Notes under the pieces: model-generated
The model's database searches: none
Told to the model about the DNA's origin: nothing
Seen by the model: only the letters and a program-made list of their open reading frames with translations
Origin: Octopus bimaculoides
Taxonomy: Eukaryota
NCBI RefSeq assembly: GCF_001194135.2
Contig: NC_068989.1
Span: 88,582,554 to 88,646,553, forward strand
Direction: 5' to 3'
Length of the DNA stretch: 64,000 nucleotides
Translations under genes and position numbers: made by a program
Part shown: positions 38,341 to 52,269 of the stretch, one piece after another
Numbering within the stretch: position 1 is the first letter of the stretch
How the letters are laid out: each line of letters opens with the position of its first letter

Positions 38341-39325
38341 GATCATCATCATCATCATCATCATACATCTGTTTTCCAGCATTGGCATGGGTTGGCTGTT
38401 TGACAGGAGCTGGCAAAGTGGAGAGCTGCATCATACTCCAGTTGTATGTCTTGGCATGGTTTCTATGGCTGGATGCCCTTCCTAATATCAACCACTTCAG
38501 AGACAGTCCTTATACTTTTTACATGGTACCAACACAAGTGCTTTTTATGTAGCACTTGCCTTTTTACATATTCCTGAGAGATTCTCTGTGAAAGCATCAG
38601 GGCCTGTTGCTGTGCTTAAATTAATTTTGTCTCATCCTCGTCATTAATTAACATCCATTTTCCATACTGACATGAGTTGGACCATCTATGGTTGATATTG
38701 TATCTCCCTCCTTTATGCCAATGTTACCATGTCCCTGTGGAACTATAATGTCAAAGAACTTGCAAGTGTCCAAGTTCAGACTGGATAGAGTTTGGTTGCT
38801 TCTTGTAGGGTGTATATCTACAATTGCTTTTGGATCATACATTGTTAGTTTTATTATGTTATGGCCTGAGGAAATTGTTGGTACTACCATCACATTATAG
38901 TTGAATTCTTTTTTCTTCTTCTCTTTGTTATACACACAAACACAGTCATTTACATACACTCACTCTCACTCACACATGCTTGCACACACACATTCATTGA
39001 TAGAGTTTCCAGAGTGTCAGATGAATTTCATATTCTGCTTCTCTTTGTACATGGTGTGATGTTCCTTGTCTTCATGTAGTTTGATGTTGAGGCAAGTTCT
39101 CCAAGAGAAGTAAATTGTTATGTTGGTCCAGTTCTATCAATATGTCCTTTTAATGTTGTCTTCAAATTTCCAATCTTGATTTGTGGCATCAAATGAAAGA
39201 CATTGCTTCATATGCACTGTTAGCATGTCACAATCCGAGTATGACAGAAGAATAAGAGCATGACACCTTCACAAATGTGTATGGCAACTCCACTGTGATT
39301 TCTGTCCTATCAGTATGAACCTAAA

Positions 39326-39558
39326 CCCTTTTGATACCAATCTGGCTGAAACTGGCTCTGGCTCTGTAGTACAAATGTCTTGTTTTCGAAAGTTCTGAAT
39401 TAAAATCTTCCAGCAAACCTTAGTCACAATTTATGTTCCTAACACTAGCTGAATGATAACTAAGTTATTTTAATAAATTCTTTATTGTCATATTTAAAAT
39501 TAATTGAAAGAAACACAAAACGAAACAGCATCTCAGAATAAATACGGTAACGAAAGGG
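39326..39558. mobile_element. piggyBac-type MITE, second family
   Basis: TIRs CCCTTTTGATACC / GGTAACGAAAGGG. Flanks TAAA and TTAA. Confidence 0.75.
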
Positions 39559-41907
39559 TTAATATACTTTGGTAGGTGTATCTCTGTATCAGCTATGTTT
39601 GTAGTGAGATGAGTTTCAGTAAGTGCTGTGCATATTGCTTGCTTGCATGTGTAAAGGTCTGCCAGGTGTGGAATTTTACTTCTATTGTTAAGTTGTTGAG
39701 CTGGATTTTCTGTATCCGGCAGAAATGAGCTGATTTGAAAGGTGATACCCTGTACAACCCATGCCAGCAGGCAAAGCAGATATGAAATGTTGATGATATG
39801 TCATCATCATTTTGATGCCCACTTTTTTATGCTTGCATGGGTCATATGAAGTTTATTGAGGCAGATTTTCTGTGGCCAGAAGCTTTTCCAGCTGCTTACT
39901 CACCCGTTCTCAAGTTAAGCAATATTTCCCCTTGGCCAGACATGTTTTTGTGGAAGAATGGAAATGAATGAGATTCTTTGTATGACAGTGACAATCATTT
40001 ACATCATGCAGTGTTAAATCAGAGAGACACATATACACACTCACACACACAAATATACATACATATATACATACTTGTGTATTTAAAAAGGTGTGTGTGT
40101 ATGTATGTACATGCATAAGTGCATATATGTTTGTGTGTGTTTCCTCATTTTTACATTCACGATAGTTATAAATAAGTGTCATCGTTATACAGGCAATGTC
40201 CATTCATTCCCAATATTCTGCAAAAATAATCAGAATCTATTCTACATAATTGCAATTTGCTCCATCGAAAATCCATCTCAGCAAATATAAACATAAATAG
40301 ATAAGTCAGTGAATCAGTGGTACCAAGTAAGCAGTGCCACAATGGCTATGCCAGCATGTCTCCTACTTGAAGTGTGGGCAAAAAGGGTACCTGTGCATGC
40401 TCACAACTCCATAGACATCTTACTTGTGTTGGTGCTGCTTATAAAAGGCAACCAGTGCATTCTGTAGTGATTGAGGAATGAGTATAGAAAATGTAGAATC
40501 AAGGATGTGACATTCTTTCTGTTGCTGATACCACAATGAAATACATTCAGTATATTCTGTAAAGTTGTTGGTATTAGGAAGGGTACGAAGCTACATAAAC
40601 CAATCCCAAAATGGAACAGACAAGTGAGATGTGGTCCTTTGACTTGTAGTTATTTTGAATAAGAATTCATTTGGACTGTGGTGACCAGTCCAACACATGC
40701 TAGCAGGAAAAACCCTTGTATAATTATGACGTGTGTGTGTGTGCATGAATTTATTTCTGCATGTCTTTGCATCCACAACACTTAGGTCATCATCATCATT
40801 TAATGTCCGCCTTCCATGCTAGCATGGGTTGAACGATTTGACTGAGGACTGGTGAACCAGATGGCTACACCAGGCTCAAATCTGATTTGGCAGAGTTTCT
40901 ACAGCTGGATGCTCTTCCTAACGCCAACCACTCCAAGAGTGTAGTGGGCACCGGCACGAAGGCCAGTCAGGCAGTACTGGCAATGGCCACGCTCAAAATG
41001 GTCCCACATGATAAATGTCTGGTAGCTTTACTGTTCAGCGTGTAAAAGCCAGAGGAATAAACTATCTTTCGTGGAAAAAGTAAATGTTGGATTCAGGAAG
41101 GGTATCTGGCCATAGAATGCTGGCTCAAAAAGTTTTGTACAACTCAGAATGTGCCAGCATAGAAAACATTTAAATTAATCCTTTTTCTGTTCCCTTTTCT
41201 TTTTCTCTTCTTTTTTTTTTTTACTGTTCCTTTTTCCTCTTTCACTTCTCTGTTTTTTCTTTTTTTCCCCCTCCTTATCTTATTTTCTCTCCACCAGCAC
41301 ACCCGATGACAGGAAACCTCTATATAGCTGTGCAAATCCCATTGTTTTTCAGTCAGAACTGGCCTTATGATCCTGTGTCCTCACAAGTGGAACCCTTGCC
41401 AGAGACTGACTCAACTAAAGTAGAATATATTATTACTCATCACTTTGGTACTGAGTACTCTTTTTTCCCAAGAGTCAGCACTAAATGGGTGTGATACAGG
41501 CACATATGCCATCAGTAATTACTCAGGGTAGGCAGCTGGTGACCTTTATGTAGTAAAACACACAGAAAATAAGTGACACACATGACTGAGTTGAAGGCAG
41601 ATTTACTTCTGCGTTTGTAGCACGTAAAGAAAACATTGTTGTAAGAGTGTACGCAGCACATGTACTACAGCAGTTCTATGCATAATTTAAATATTGAGAT
41701 TGAAAGGCAGGGACAAATTATGCCTACCTAATCTAAAGAAAAATAAAATATTTTGCATTTTATGCATAGGAATCAGAGCAACCTTCATAAGTTTATTGAA
41801 TTAGGTACTTATTTTGCCATAAAAGGAATATGTTGCTATCGATCTATTTCATTCAAGGTAGGCACTGCCCATCTTGGTGGCATGTCCCTGGTATAATATA
41901 TATATAT

Positions 41908-42263
41908 GCGACCAAGTTAGTAGTGGGGGTGGGTGCGCTGAAAGTGTAGCTGCTAGAATAAGAATAACCTGGGCAAAGTTTAGAGAGCTCTTACCCCTGC
42001 TGGCGACAAAGGGACTCTCACTCAGAGTAAAAGGCAGACTGTATGACGCATGCGTACGAACAACCATGCTACATGGCAGTGAAACATGGGCTGTAACTGC
42101 TGAGGACATACGTAAGCTCGCAAGGAATGAAGCCAGTATGCTCCGTTGGATGTGTAATGTCAATGTGAATACCCGTCAGAGTGTAAGTATCTTGAGAGAA
42201 AAGCTGAACATTAGAAGCATCAGTTGTGGCGTGCAAGAGAGACGATTGCGCTGGTATGGACAT
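41908..42263 (+). mobile_element. RTE-clade LINE ORF2 C-terminal fragment, open frame, cut by an N gap
   Basis: DQVSSGGGCAESVAARIRITWAKFRELLPLL...LHGSETW...RRLRWYGH. Confidence 0.92.
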
Positions 42264-43034
42264 NNNNNNNNNNNNNNNNNNNNNNNNNNNNNNNNNNNNN
42301 NNNNNNNNNNNNNNNNNNNNNNNNNNNNNNNNNNNNNNNNNNNNNNNNNNNNNNNNNNNNNNNNNNNNNNNNNNNNNNNNNNNNNNNNNNNNNNNNNNNN
42401 NNNNNNNNNNNNNNNNNNNNNNNNNNNNNNNNNNNNNNNNNNNNNNNNNNNNNNNNNNNNNNNNNNNNNNNNNNNNNNNNNNNNNNNNNNNNNNNNNNNN
42501 NNNNNNNNNNNNNNNNNNNNNNNNNNNNNNNNNNNNNNNNNNNNNNNNNNNNNNNNNNNNNNNNNNNNNNNNNNNNNNNNNNNNNNNNNNNNNNNNNNNN
42601 NNNNNNNNNNNNNNNNNNNNNNNNNNNNNNNNNNNNNNNNNNNNNNNNNNNNNNNNNNNNNNNNNNNNNNNNNNNNNNNNNNNNNNNNNNNNNNNNNNNN
42701 NNNNNNNNNNNNNNNNNNNNNNNNNNNNNNNNNNNNNNNNNNNNNNNNNNNNNNNNNNNNNNNNNNNNNNNNNNNNNNNNNNNNNNNNNNNNNNNNNNNN
42801 NNNNNNNNNNNNNNNNNNNNNNATATATATATATATATATATATACCGTCTGAGCGTGATCGTTGCCAGAGCACTAGCAGTCTGGCTTCCGTTCCAGGGG
42901 CACGTAAATAGCACCATTTGAGCGTGATCGTTACCAACGTCGCCCTCCTGGCACGTGAAAAGACATTTGAGTGAGTTCATTGCCAGTACCGCTGGACCCT
43001 TCCTTCATTCATTTTTATCAATAAAGTTTGTGTG

Positions 43035-43290
43035 ATTAGGAAATTTGCTCCGCAACCACACAGTTTCAGGTTCAGTTCGATGGCATGACAACTTGGGCAA
43101 GTATTTTCTACTACACCTCCTGGCTGACCAGTGCCTTGTAAATAGACTTGGTAGATGGAAACTGAAAGAAACCCACTGTGTGTCTGTGTGTTTGTGTCTT
43201 GTCTTGATACCTCATGATTGTTGTAAACGAGTATCACCATTATACAAGCAGTGTCATTTATTTCCAGTCTGTTGTAAAAACATGTCAGGT
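43035..43290 (+). mobile_element. SINE with a family A head and a different 3' body
   Basis: A-type head and microsatellite, then gtcttgatacctcatgattgttgtaaacgag... This body is also seen at 58320-58530, where it runs on into an RTE-like tail. Confidence 0.65.
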
Positions 43291-43589
43291 CACATATATG
43301 CATATAATGGGAGAAATAGATTAGAAATGAGTGATTATTATAATACTTTTATGAATTCCACAACACATAGAAATGATAGAACAAGTAATAATACAAGCCA
43401 TAATGATTGTAGCAACCGTAATAGGCATCAGGTCAGCTAGACTAACGTTAAACATATTAGCACAAGCATTATGGGTTGCCCCAGTAGCAGTAACACTATG
43501 ACACATCTAGCAAAAACCTTACTCATACCACACTAGAAATAGTTATGCTGACAATAGAAATTTTAATAGTACAATTAATGATGATCATA

Positions 43590-43960
43590 GAAGGATGTCT
43601 GTTTGGAAGAAATGCAACTGTGGGATACCTGGTGATTTCCTCTTGAATGGCCACTGCTGTAGGTATAATGTAGTCTATAAATGCATGGTCCTTAAACAAA
43701 AAAACTCCACTAAAATATATATTGGAGCCTTGGTTAACTTTAAATGTTGGTTTTTAGCTCACCTTAGCTTGTTTACCTCTGCAAAATGCAAAAAAGATTG
43801 AACCTCGCTAGCTAACCACATAAAGCATCGTCTACAGTATTACCAGGTCAATCATTTATATGGAAAGCCCTTATTAGGGTAGTCAAACTCCTTGTTATCT
43901 ATGCAGTAAAGCATCTATCGAATTCTTAAAACATAATCCCCATCACCTTTTGAAGCACTT
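43590..43960 (+). mobile_element. Penelope-like GIY-YIG endonuclease remnant
   Basis: CNC......LNGHC...NVVYKC.......KIYIG...FK....H, with WK and CYLC further downstream. Contains stops and frameshifts. Confidence 0.75.
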
Positions 43961-44264
43961 TACTATAAATCAGTCAATATATTGTGCATAGATATATGTA
44001 CTTAACACCTGCCTAATTAGTAGGATCTGTAATCTTCTTAACTTGCTCTGAACCTCCTAATTTCGTCCATTAGATTATACTCTGTTATTACACTGCAACC
44101 TACTTTCATTGATGTATTTATTGTTTACATTAACTATATTATAGATGCTACAACACTACCCCCCCCCCATTACTGAACTCCAGTTTATTATCCTTGTTTT
44201 ATTGTCTCTGTAACCCCTTCAGCCTTTCTCCCTAACATGATGAATTCCAGTTGTCTATGTGAAG

Positions 44265-44512
44265 GCACGTGGCTTAGTGGTTACGGTATTTGGCTCATGA
44301 GTTCAATTCATGGCAGCATCATGTGCCCTGGAACCGGTAATTCAAAGGGCCAGCCTTGTCACATTCTGTGTCACATTGAATCTCCTTGAAAACTATGTTA
44401 AGGATACCCCATGTCTGTGGAGTGCTCAGCCACTTGCACATTAATTCTATGAGCACGCTGTTCCATTGATCAGACCAACTGGAACCCTTGTCGTTGTAAC
44501 CAACAGAATGCC
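44265..44512 (+). mobile_element. tRNA-derived SINE, internally deleted relative of family E
   Basis: A box TGGCTTAGTGG. The tail gtcacactgaatc...gtgctcagccac...caactggaaccct matches 61420-61560. Confidence 0.7.
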
Positions 44513-44927
44513 AGTTATGTCTGGATGTGTTTATATTTGTTTGTATACATGGTTGTATTTATATATGTGTATATTTATGTATGTATATATGTTTGTTTAT
44601 ATATGTGTATGAATTACAGAATGTAAAGGGTATAACATTGCTGAATATCAGTTTCTGTTGCCAAGTCACTGTACGAAGGAATGTTAGCAAGGAATTCTCA
44701 TACAGCTGAGAGTTTGGGTTTCTTGGGCAAAGGTCATTGCCTTCACCATCCTCGCTATTTCTGTTATCACCAGCTAGAAGTTTTTATACCTTCTGATTAA
44801 ATTGGGTATCCAGGGTCACCTTTCCCTGTTTTTCAGTCATCATCTGTAACCTGTTTTGCCTACAACTCTGAACTCTTACAATAAAACTCCAACTCCTTCA
44901 GAATCATATTTTATCCCAACATTAAAC

Positions 44928-45162
44928 CAGGGCTGTGGAGTTGAAACAAAAAAACTTTGACTCTGACTCCTCTACTATTAGCACCTTTGACTCCAACTCC
45001 ACTTTATGTAATTAAGTGATAGTGGTCTACATATCTCAAAGCATATGCATATGCTTGTACTTTGAGTAGGCCTTTATGTTATAACTGGTTTATATTAAAG
45101 AATATAAAGATATTGTGAGTCAGAGTCAGTAAAACTATACCGACTCTGACTCCACAGCCCTG
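44928..45162. mobile_element. hAT-type MITE
   Basis: Perfect 14-bp TIR CAGGGCTGTGGAGT. Perfect 8-bp TSD CATTAAAC at 44920-44927 and 45163-45170. Subterminal GACTC(C/T) repeats. Confidence 0.93.
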
Positions 45163-45324
45163 CATTAAACAGTTTTTTCTCCCCCAAGCATTAACTAGAT
45201 TAGTTGTTTCCAGTGCCTTTCATAAAGCTGCTATATTGAATACTAGGTGCTGGTGTGACTGTGTGATAAGAAGTTTGCTTCCCAACCACATGGTTCTGGG
45301 TTCAGTCCCACTGCATGGCTCAAT

Positions 45325-46900
45325 ATTTCTATCATGGAAACTTGTAAAGCATCCCACACTACATAATGTGGCCTTGCAAAATACACATTGGAAATTTGTT
45401 TCAACTACCCGTCCACTGGGTACGTTATCTTTTTTATGAAGACATTCATGGCGTTGCCTTTTGTGACCCTTAATTTTCCCTAATTTATGGAAACCTGCTG
45501 AATTTAGAGGGATATTCCTCTGGTAGACTTAAGCCCCCCCCCCCCCAGCAGTTATTTCTTTGGATGAAAAGACAACCCTCAACTGTGTTGCTACATCTGC
45601 TTGAAACTGTAGATAGTTGCATTGCTTTTGACACCTCCCCCCTGATTTGGTATATAGTATGAATAATTTAAATGCATTAACAATGTTTGTGTTTATTATA
45701 CACCAAACCAGGTATAGCCAACATTCATTACCTGGTCAATAATCATAGGATTCAGTTGATCTGCACCACCCATGTACCTGTATTAATTGAGGTTCACAAA
45801 TGTGGTGCCATTTTCATCCACATGTGGTTGTGCATAGGTAGGTAGAAAATCTCTGTATGTGGTCACTAACAAATTTCCTTTCTACCATTGGAGTATTTCA
45901 CCTCTTTTTAATTTTGCTAGTTTTGATATCCAACAGCATTTTTGATATCCTACTTGCAACTACTGTAGCACATGTATATGTTGCCACAACTTCTAAATCC
46001 ACCACAAGTTTAACCAAACTGAAAAAAAAAAAACGGTCTAAAAATAATATACAAGCCTTGTTATGGTAGAGGGGCAATAAATTTTAGACCACATTGTACC
46101 CCAAACCATGCTGGCATACATTATTGTCCCTATTTCCTGTAGAAAAAAATTAAACTCACAGCAGTTCCCAGTATTGGCTTTACAAATCTTCCAATCTTTG
46201 ATCCCCCATTTTGTAGGTTTTCCCGGAATGTACTTGACCTTTATATCCCACCATAGCCTCATCGACAGATAGGTATCTCTCTGGTTTGTACAATGTTTTA
46301 TGTGCATTTAGAATGCAGTCGATGAGGGGTTTTATTTTAAATAAGGGATCACAGTTTGGTTCTCCTCATACAGGTGTGCTCATAATGTCTCTTATATGTA
46401 GCTTAAAAATCTTTTCTGTATCATGATACTGGGAAACGTATTGGTCTCCAAAAGGTTTATTGCTATCCCAGTCCATTATTCTGGGTAGTTTTCTTGTACC
46501 CATAATTAGATTGCAAAAAATGCTTGGATTTATCTAAGCATGTGAGAAATCACAAACCATCTTCTTTATTTCTTTGTTTATATTCTGCATGATGATTCGT
46601 TCCTGTAGTAATTGTTTCAACCAATCTAAGAGGGAAAAAATATTTAAAAATAGTCAAATGGTTTTGTCTCCTAGAAAAGACTGTGACTAGGTCCAATCTC
46701 TTCAGAAAATCAGTTTTCAAACTTCAACTCCATTCAGGTACAAATCTGTTTTCTTTGTTGCTGTCTGAGTTATCACTAGAATTGCTGGTTTCACTTTTGG
46801 AAATAGAAATATCCAATCCATACTCACACAACATGTAGTTTTTGTGTTCGTTGTATATTTTGCTTGTTTTTTTTTTTTTTCCATGTCTTCATTCATTGAA
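45325..46900 (-). pseudogene. Fossil piggyBac (PGBD-type) transposase
   Basis: In order on the minus strand: acidic N-terminus, DPLFKIKPLID...LSVDEAMVGYKG, YIPGKPTKWGIK.WKIC, NRYMGGADQ, and the Cys-rich tail ETNFQCVFCKATLCSVGCFTSFH. Many stops and frameshifts. Confidence 0.88.
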
Positions 46901-49164
46901 ATTCCTTCAAATTTTAATTTACTACTTTTTCCAGCTTGGTTACTATACTTTTGAAATAACCACTTCCACTGCTAACAAGGTTACCTAGGTAACAGAAGCT
47001 ATCAATTATTCTTAGTGAGCTACCTGAGCATTTAAGACAATCTATTTCCAATATGTTCCTTCCAGTGCATCTGCCATATACAAAGCTTGCATTCTCTATT
47101 AGCTTGCCAGTGATTTGTGCATTCATACCTACTTGGTGTAGCACACTGAGTTTCTCCTTTTGTGCATATTAAACAAGGCCATTTCCAGGGCCCTCTCTTG
47201 CCTGCTTACTGACACCTTCATTTTTGCTATGTTTGTGTTGTTTTTTGATTCTAGATTTTGCTTCCATTCCCAGATTTTTTTCTTCTAATTTCACTATAGA
47301 TTCAGCTATAATAGATCAGCAGCATCTAAGAGTTTATGTGGACAGTCAAGTTTTAAACTTCTTTGTAATAGCTTGGCCGGTGGCACGTAAAAAGCACTCA
47401 CTACACTCTCAGAGTGGTTGGCATTAGGGAGGGCATCCAGCTGTAGAAATTCTGCCAAATCAGATTGGAGCCTTGTGCAGCCATCTGGTTCACCAGTCCT
47501 CAGTCAAATCGTCCAACCCATGCTAGCATGGAAAGCGGACGTTAAATGATGATGATGATGATGTAGGATAATAATGAATAGGAAAGGGCTGAGGACTGAA
47601 CTTGTTGCCAGCAGTGATAGAAAGTCTCTGAATGTTTTCTAGCCTGTCCTTATCTTGTATATCCTACATGCTCAGCAAGACTGTTTCCCTAAAGATAAGA
47701 AGATACTGTCTTTCCTACTTACTGAAACCTTAGTCTTTGCTAAAGTTTACTTTGAGGCCTCTCGATTTGAGGTTTAGCTTCCATCACTGGAATTTTCTCT
47801 CTAATTCTCTTACAGAGTCATCTATTAGAACTATCTAGATCATTAGCATCTAGGAGTTCCCAAGGACAGCCAGTTTTAAATTCCCTTGTGGTGGCCTGTA
47901 GGACCATGATGAATAGAACACTGAGATCTGAGCCTTGATGGACCCTTATCTTCATGCTAAATTTCTTACTACACTCATTGGACTGCAACTTTGTACATTT
48001 TTTATACCAACCCCACAAGCCATTCACCTGCATCTAGTTTCCTTAGTGACCGTTAAATTACAGAGCATGACATTCTGTCAAAGGTTTTCTCCAAGTCATA
48101 GAGTGTTAGGTATAATGGTTTACGCACAGCTAAGTACTTCTGCAGTTGCCTCACTGGAAAGTTGGCATCCACAGTACTTCTTCTGAACATAAAGCTGACC
48201 TGCACGTTATCTACTCTCATTCTGTTCCTGATCTTCCTGTGACCTTCATAATCCTGTCTAACAGTTTGGTGCTTCTATAACTTTCTCTTTCTCTTTTGCA
48301 TCTCCTTTGTTCTTGTCAGTAGTTTACAATACTATTGCCGTGCCAGTCTTTCACTTGCAACATCTTGATGTATTACTGCATTGACTATTTGCATGACTAG
48401 TACACATCATACTTTGAGCATTTCAGTGACCCTCCTTGGTAGACTGGTTGCTTTCCTTACCTTCATGTCTTTCATACAACACTGCTATCAATTCTACATC
48501 ATCATCATTATCATCATCATCGTCATCATTATTTAATGTCTGTTTTCCATACTGGCATGGGTTGGACAGTTTGGAGAGCTACACCAAGCTTCATATCTAT
48601 TTTTGTATGGTTTCTACAGTTGTGAAGTATTGCTTCTAGTGCTGGTGCCTTGAAAAAGTGCTTTGTAAAGTGGTTGGCATCTGGAAGTGCATCCAGTGAA
48701 AGAAACCATTCCAAAGCTGAGACATTGGACAACAGTGTGGTCCTCCCCCTTGTTGGGACATGTTGAACTGTTCAGTCCATGCCTGCACAGAAAGCAGATG
48801 TAAATGATGATGATATATATATATATATATATAGAATCTAGTTGGATTGAAATGTATACACATGCACACAGATTGGAATGCCCAAGGGCCTCAGCATATT
48901 CTCTCTACCAGAGAATGGCTTGACATAGCTTGGCAGAGGGGTACAGTTTTTTTTTTGTATTCATACCCAGGAGTAGTTAAGTTGATTATATTGACCCCGG
49001 TGCTCAGCTGGTACATATATTTTATTGATCCCAAAAGGATGAGAGGCAAAGTCGACTTAGGTGGAATTCGAAGACAGATGAAATATCATTAAGCATTTCA
49101 CACGCATACACACAGGGCTATGTTTATCATAGAGATGAACTGGTCAAGAAATACATACATACAT

Positions 49165-49550
49165 ATATACTCTTTTACTTGTTTCAGTCATTTGACTGCA
49201 GCCATGCTGGAGCACCGCCTTTAGTCGAGCAAATCGACCCCAGGACTTATTCTTTGGAAGCCTAGTACTTATTCTATCGGTCTCTTTTTGCCGAACCGCT
49301 AAGTTACGGGGACGTAAACACACCAGCATCGGTTGTCAAGTGATGATGGGGGGACAAACACAGACACACAAACACACATACATATATATATACATATATA
49401 CGACGGGCTTCTTTTAGTTTCCGTCTACCAAATCCACTCTCAAGGCTTTGGTCGGCCTGAGGCTATAGTAGAAGACACTTGCCCAAGGCACCACGCAGTG
49501 GGACTGAACCCAGAACCATGTGGTTGGTAAGCAAGCTACTTACCACACCT
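49165..49550 (-). mobile_element. SINE family A copy
   Basis: Full reverse match, little diverged. Confidence 0.85.
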
Positions 49551-50727
49551 CTAATGTATATATGTGTTTGTGTACATCTGTGTATGTATTTGTGTTTATA
49601 TATGTATGTAAAATATACACAAGTGTGTAACATATATATAAGCCAAGTGAAACTGTGACTGTGGCCTATGTCAGTGCAGCATAACCGGCCCATTTAAAAG
49701 CCCCCTTCAATCATTGGGCAATAAACTGTGCTTGTGAAAAGGCCTATTGAGTCAAGTGAAGTCATTGTTATGGCTGATGCCAGTACCGCCTGACTGGCAC
49801 CTGTGCCAGCGGCACGTAAAAAGCACCCACTACACTCAGAGTGGTTGGCATCAGGAAGGGCATCCAGCTGTAGAAACCTTGCCAGATCAGATTGGAGCCT
49901 GGTGCAGCCTTCTAGCTTGCCAGGTCTGTCAAACCGTCCAACCCATGCCAGCATGGAAAACGGACGTTAAGCAATAATGATGATATATGTACACACACAC
50001 ACACACACCACACACACACACACATGTAAAAGTACAAGTAGGTAGCCAACGTTGCCTGTGTTTATTTATACATAAAATAAATACACCCTATTAGTTATGT
50101 AATGAAAAACTATGAAATGATAGAAGGATAATAAAGATGTCCTCTATGGACAATGACAATAGTTTGTTGATGGTTGCAGAGTAATTACATCAGTTTCACA
50201 AAATGTAAAAAAAATATAAATTTTCAGAAAATATCACATTGTGTTAGAAAGTAGCCCCAAATGGATATTTAATGCTGTGTAATGTTTATCTTCCCCCATA
50301 ACTTTTTATATTTTTTCCTCTTTTTTTTTTTTTTTTGCTTTTTTTGTTTCAAGCATTGTATACCATAATTTTTTAAAAACCAAAACAATAAAGAAATGAT
50401 GCCTGTATCTTTGTGTTTGTCACACCCATCCATCCATGACAATCATTGAGATTTTTGTATTCCATAACTTAACAGTTTGGCAAAAGACTTTCAAAAAAAA
50501 GAAAACAGTATTGGTGTCAATTTATTTGCATAGACCCTTCAAGGCAGTACCCCTACATAGCTGCAGTCTAATGTCAGAAACAAGTAAAAGAGAAAAATGA
50601 AAAATATGTGCAGCACCTTTTGCCCTCAGCAGAATTTGAAATCAGAGCAGAGAGAGCATAACAAATACTAGAAGAAGCCAGTTTCAGAACGATTTAAAAA
50701 AAAAAAAAAAAAAATTTGCATATTGAT

Positions 50728-51125
50728 AGGTGTAGGCATGGCTGTATGGTAAGAAGTTTGCATCCCAACCACATGGTTCCGAGTCCAGTTCTGGGTTCAG
50801 TCCCACTGCATGGCACCTTGGGCAAGTGTCTTCTTCTACAGCCACGGGCTGACCAAAGCCTTGTGAGTGGATTTAGTAGGTAGAATCTGAAAGATGCCCG
50901 TCATATAAACACATACACACACATCTATCTATATATCTGTGTGTGTGTGTGTGTGTGTGTCCCCTCACTGTACTACTTGACAACTGATGTTGGTCGTTTA
51001 TGTTGCTGTAACTTAGTAGTTTGGTAAAAGAGACTGAGAGAATAAATACAAGACTTAAAAAACAAGTACCAGGATTGATTGGTTCAGCTAAATACTTCCA
51101 AGTTGGTGCCTCAGTCTGACTACAG
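50728..51125 (+). mobile_element. SINE family A copy with a partly duplicated head
   Basis: Collinear with family A. The segment ggttccgagtccagtt/ctgggttcagtccc is duplicated. Confidence 0.8.
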
Positions 51126-51743
51126 ACCAATGACTGCACCAAGTTAAAGATAGAAATGATAGATACATGCAGACAAAACCAGCACCGTTGAAGGTTCCCA
51201 GTCAATAATTTAACAGGATATTCAATAGGGTTGTTCTTACCTTTCATTATTAGATTTTGCAGGTAGCGGTAAGAAAATAGTATTCCTTTTAACTTCTTTC
51301 GGGTCATTTAGCACATGCTGTTGAAACACATGTACACGACTTATACAGGGTGGGGAATGAAGTGAATACCAGTGGTGAATATCATTGGTTGAAATTTGTT
51401 TTTTATACAACTTTCTAGTTCTATGCACATACATACACACACAATGATAGTGAATATCTAAACAAAATACAATTTGTCAGCTAAAAAGAAAGCTTAATTT
51501 TATTGTCATTTAAAAAATGGTGCATAGCCTATTACCCACCCCTTCAAGTGATCCCCTCTTCTGAAAAATTTTGTTTTGGCAATCTTTATATAGTGGCCTT
51601 TGACTGAGAAAATACATACAATGATTTTAAAGCAAATTTCTCAGCTACTTGGCATTACCTGTTTTTATATATGTAGTTGTATGTGTGTGTGTGTTCATAT
51701 GAACATGGGCATATGTGTATGCATATGCATGTGTGTATACATA

Positions 51744-51803
<60 letters not shown>

Positions 51804-52269
51804 TGCATATATATATGTGTGTGTATGTATATATATACACACACACACATATATGTATGTATATATCTGTGTGTATGTGTAGGTGTATGCATGTGTGTCA
51901 TGTTTTAATTAATTGGTCAAATGACCGTGTACAGTTGCTGTTTCTTTACCATCCTCCTTTCACTGTTTGCTCTTTTCAAGTTTATGAATTTCAACTTAAT
52001 CCTTTGAAGCTGTGACCACTTCTCCTAAACATTTCTTCCTACTTTCTGATTTGTAACCCAAAATAACTTTACAGTCTTCAAAGTTAGATATATATATTGA
52101 TCAATCAATATGTTTATCTATCCACACATCAAACTGATTCTGTTGTCTCTTCATTTCAAAGGCCATCTAGTTATATCAGTCAATTAATTGGTTTTGAGTC
52201 ATTTGTACACACACACACACATACGTGTGTGTATGTGTAAATGTAGATATGTATAATGTGTGTGTATCA

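Noticed and set aside
51241-51317. Possible 77-nt antisense exon (tttcaacag ... AAG|GTAAGA; open frame HVLNDPKEVKRNTIFLPLPAKSNNE)
   Set aside because: No recognisable homology and no phase-compatible partner exon. One such site pair is expected by chance in 30 kb.
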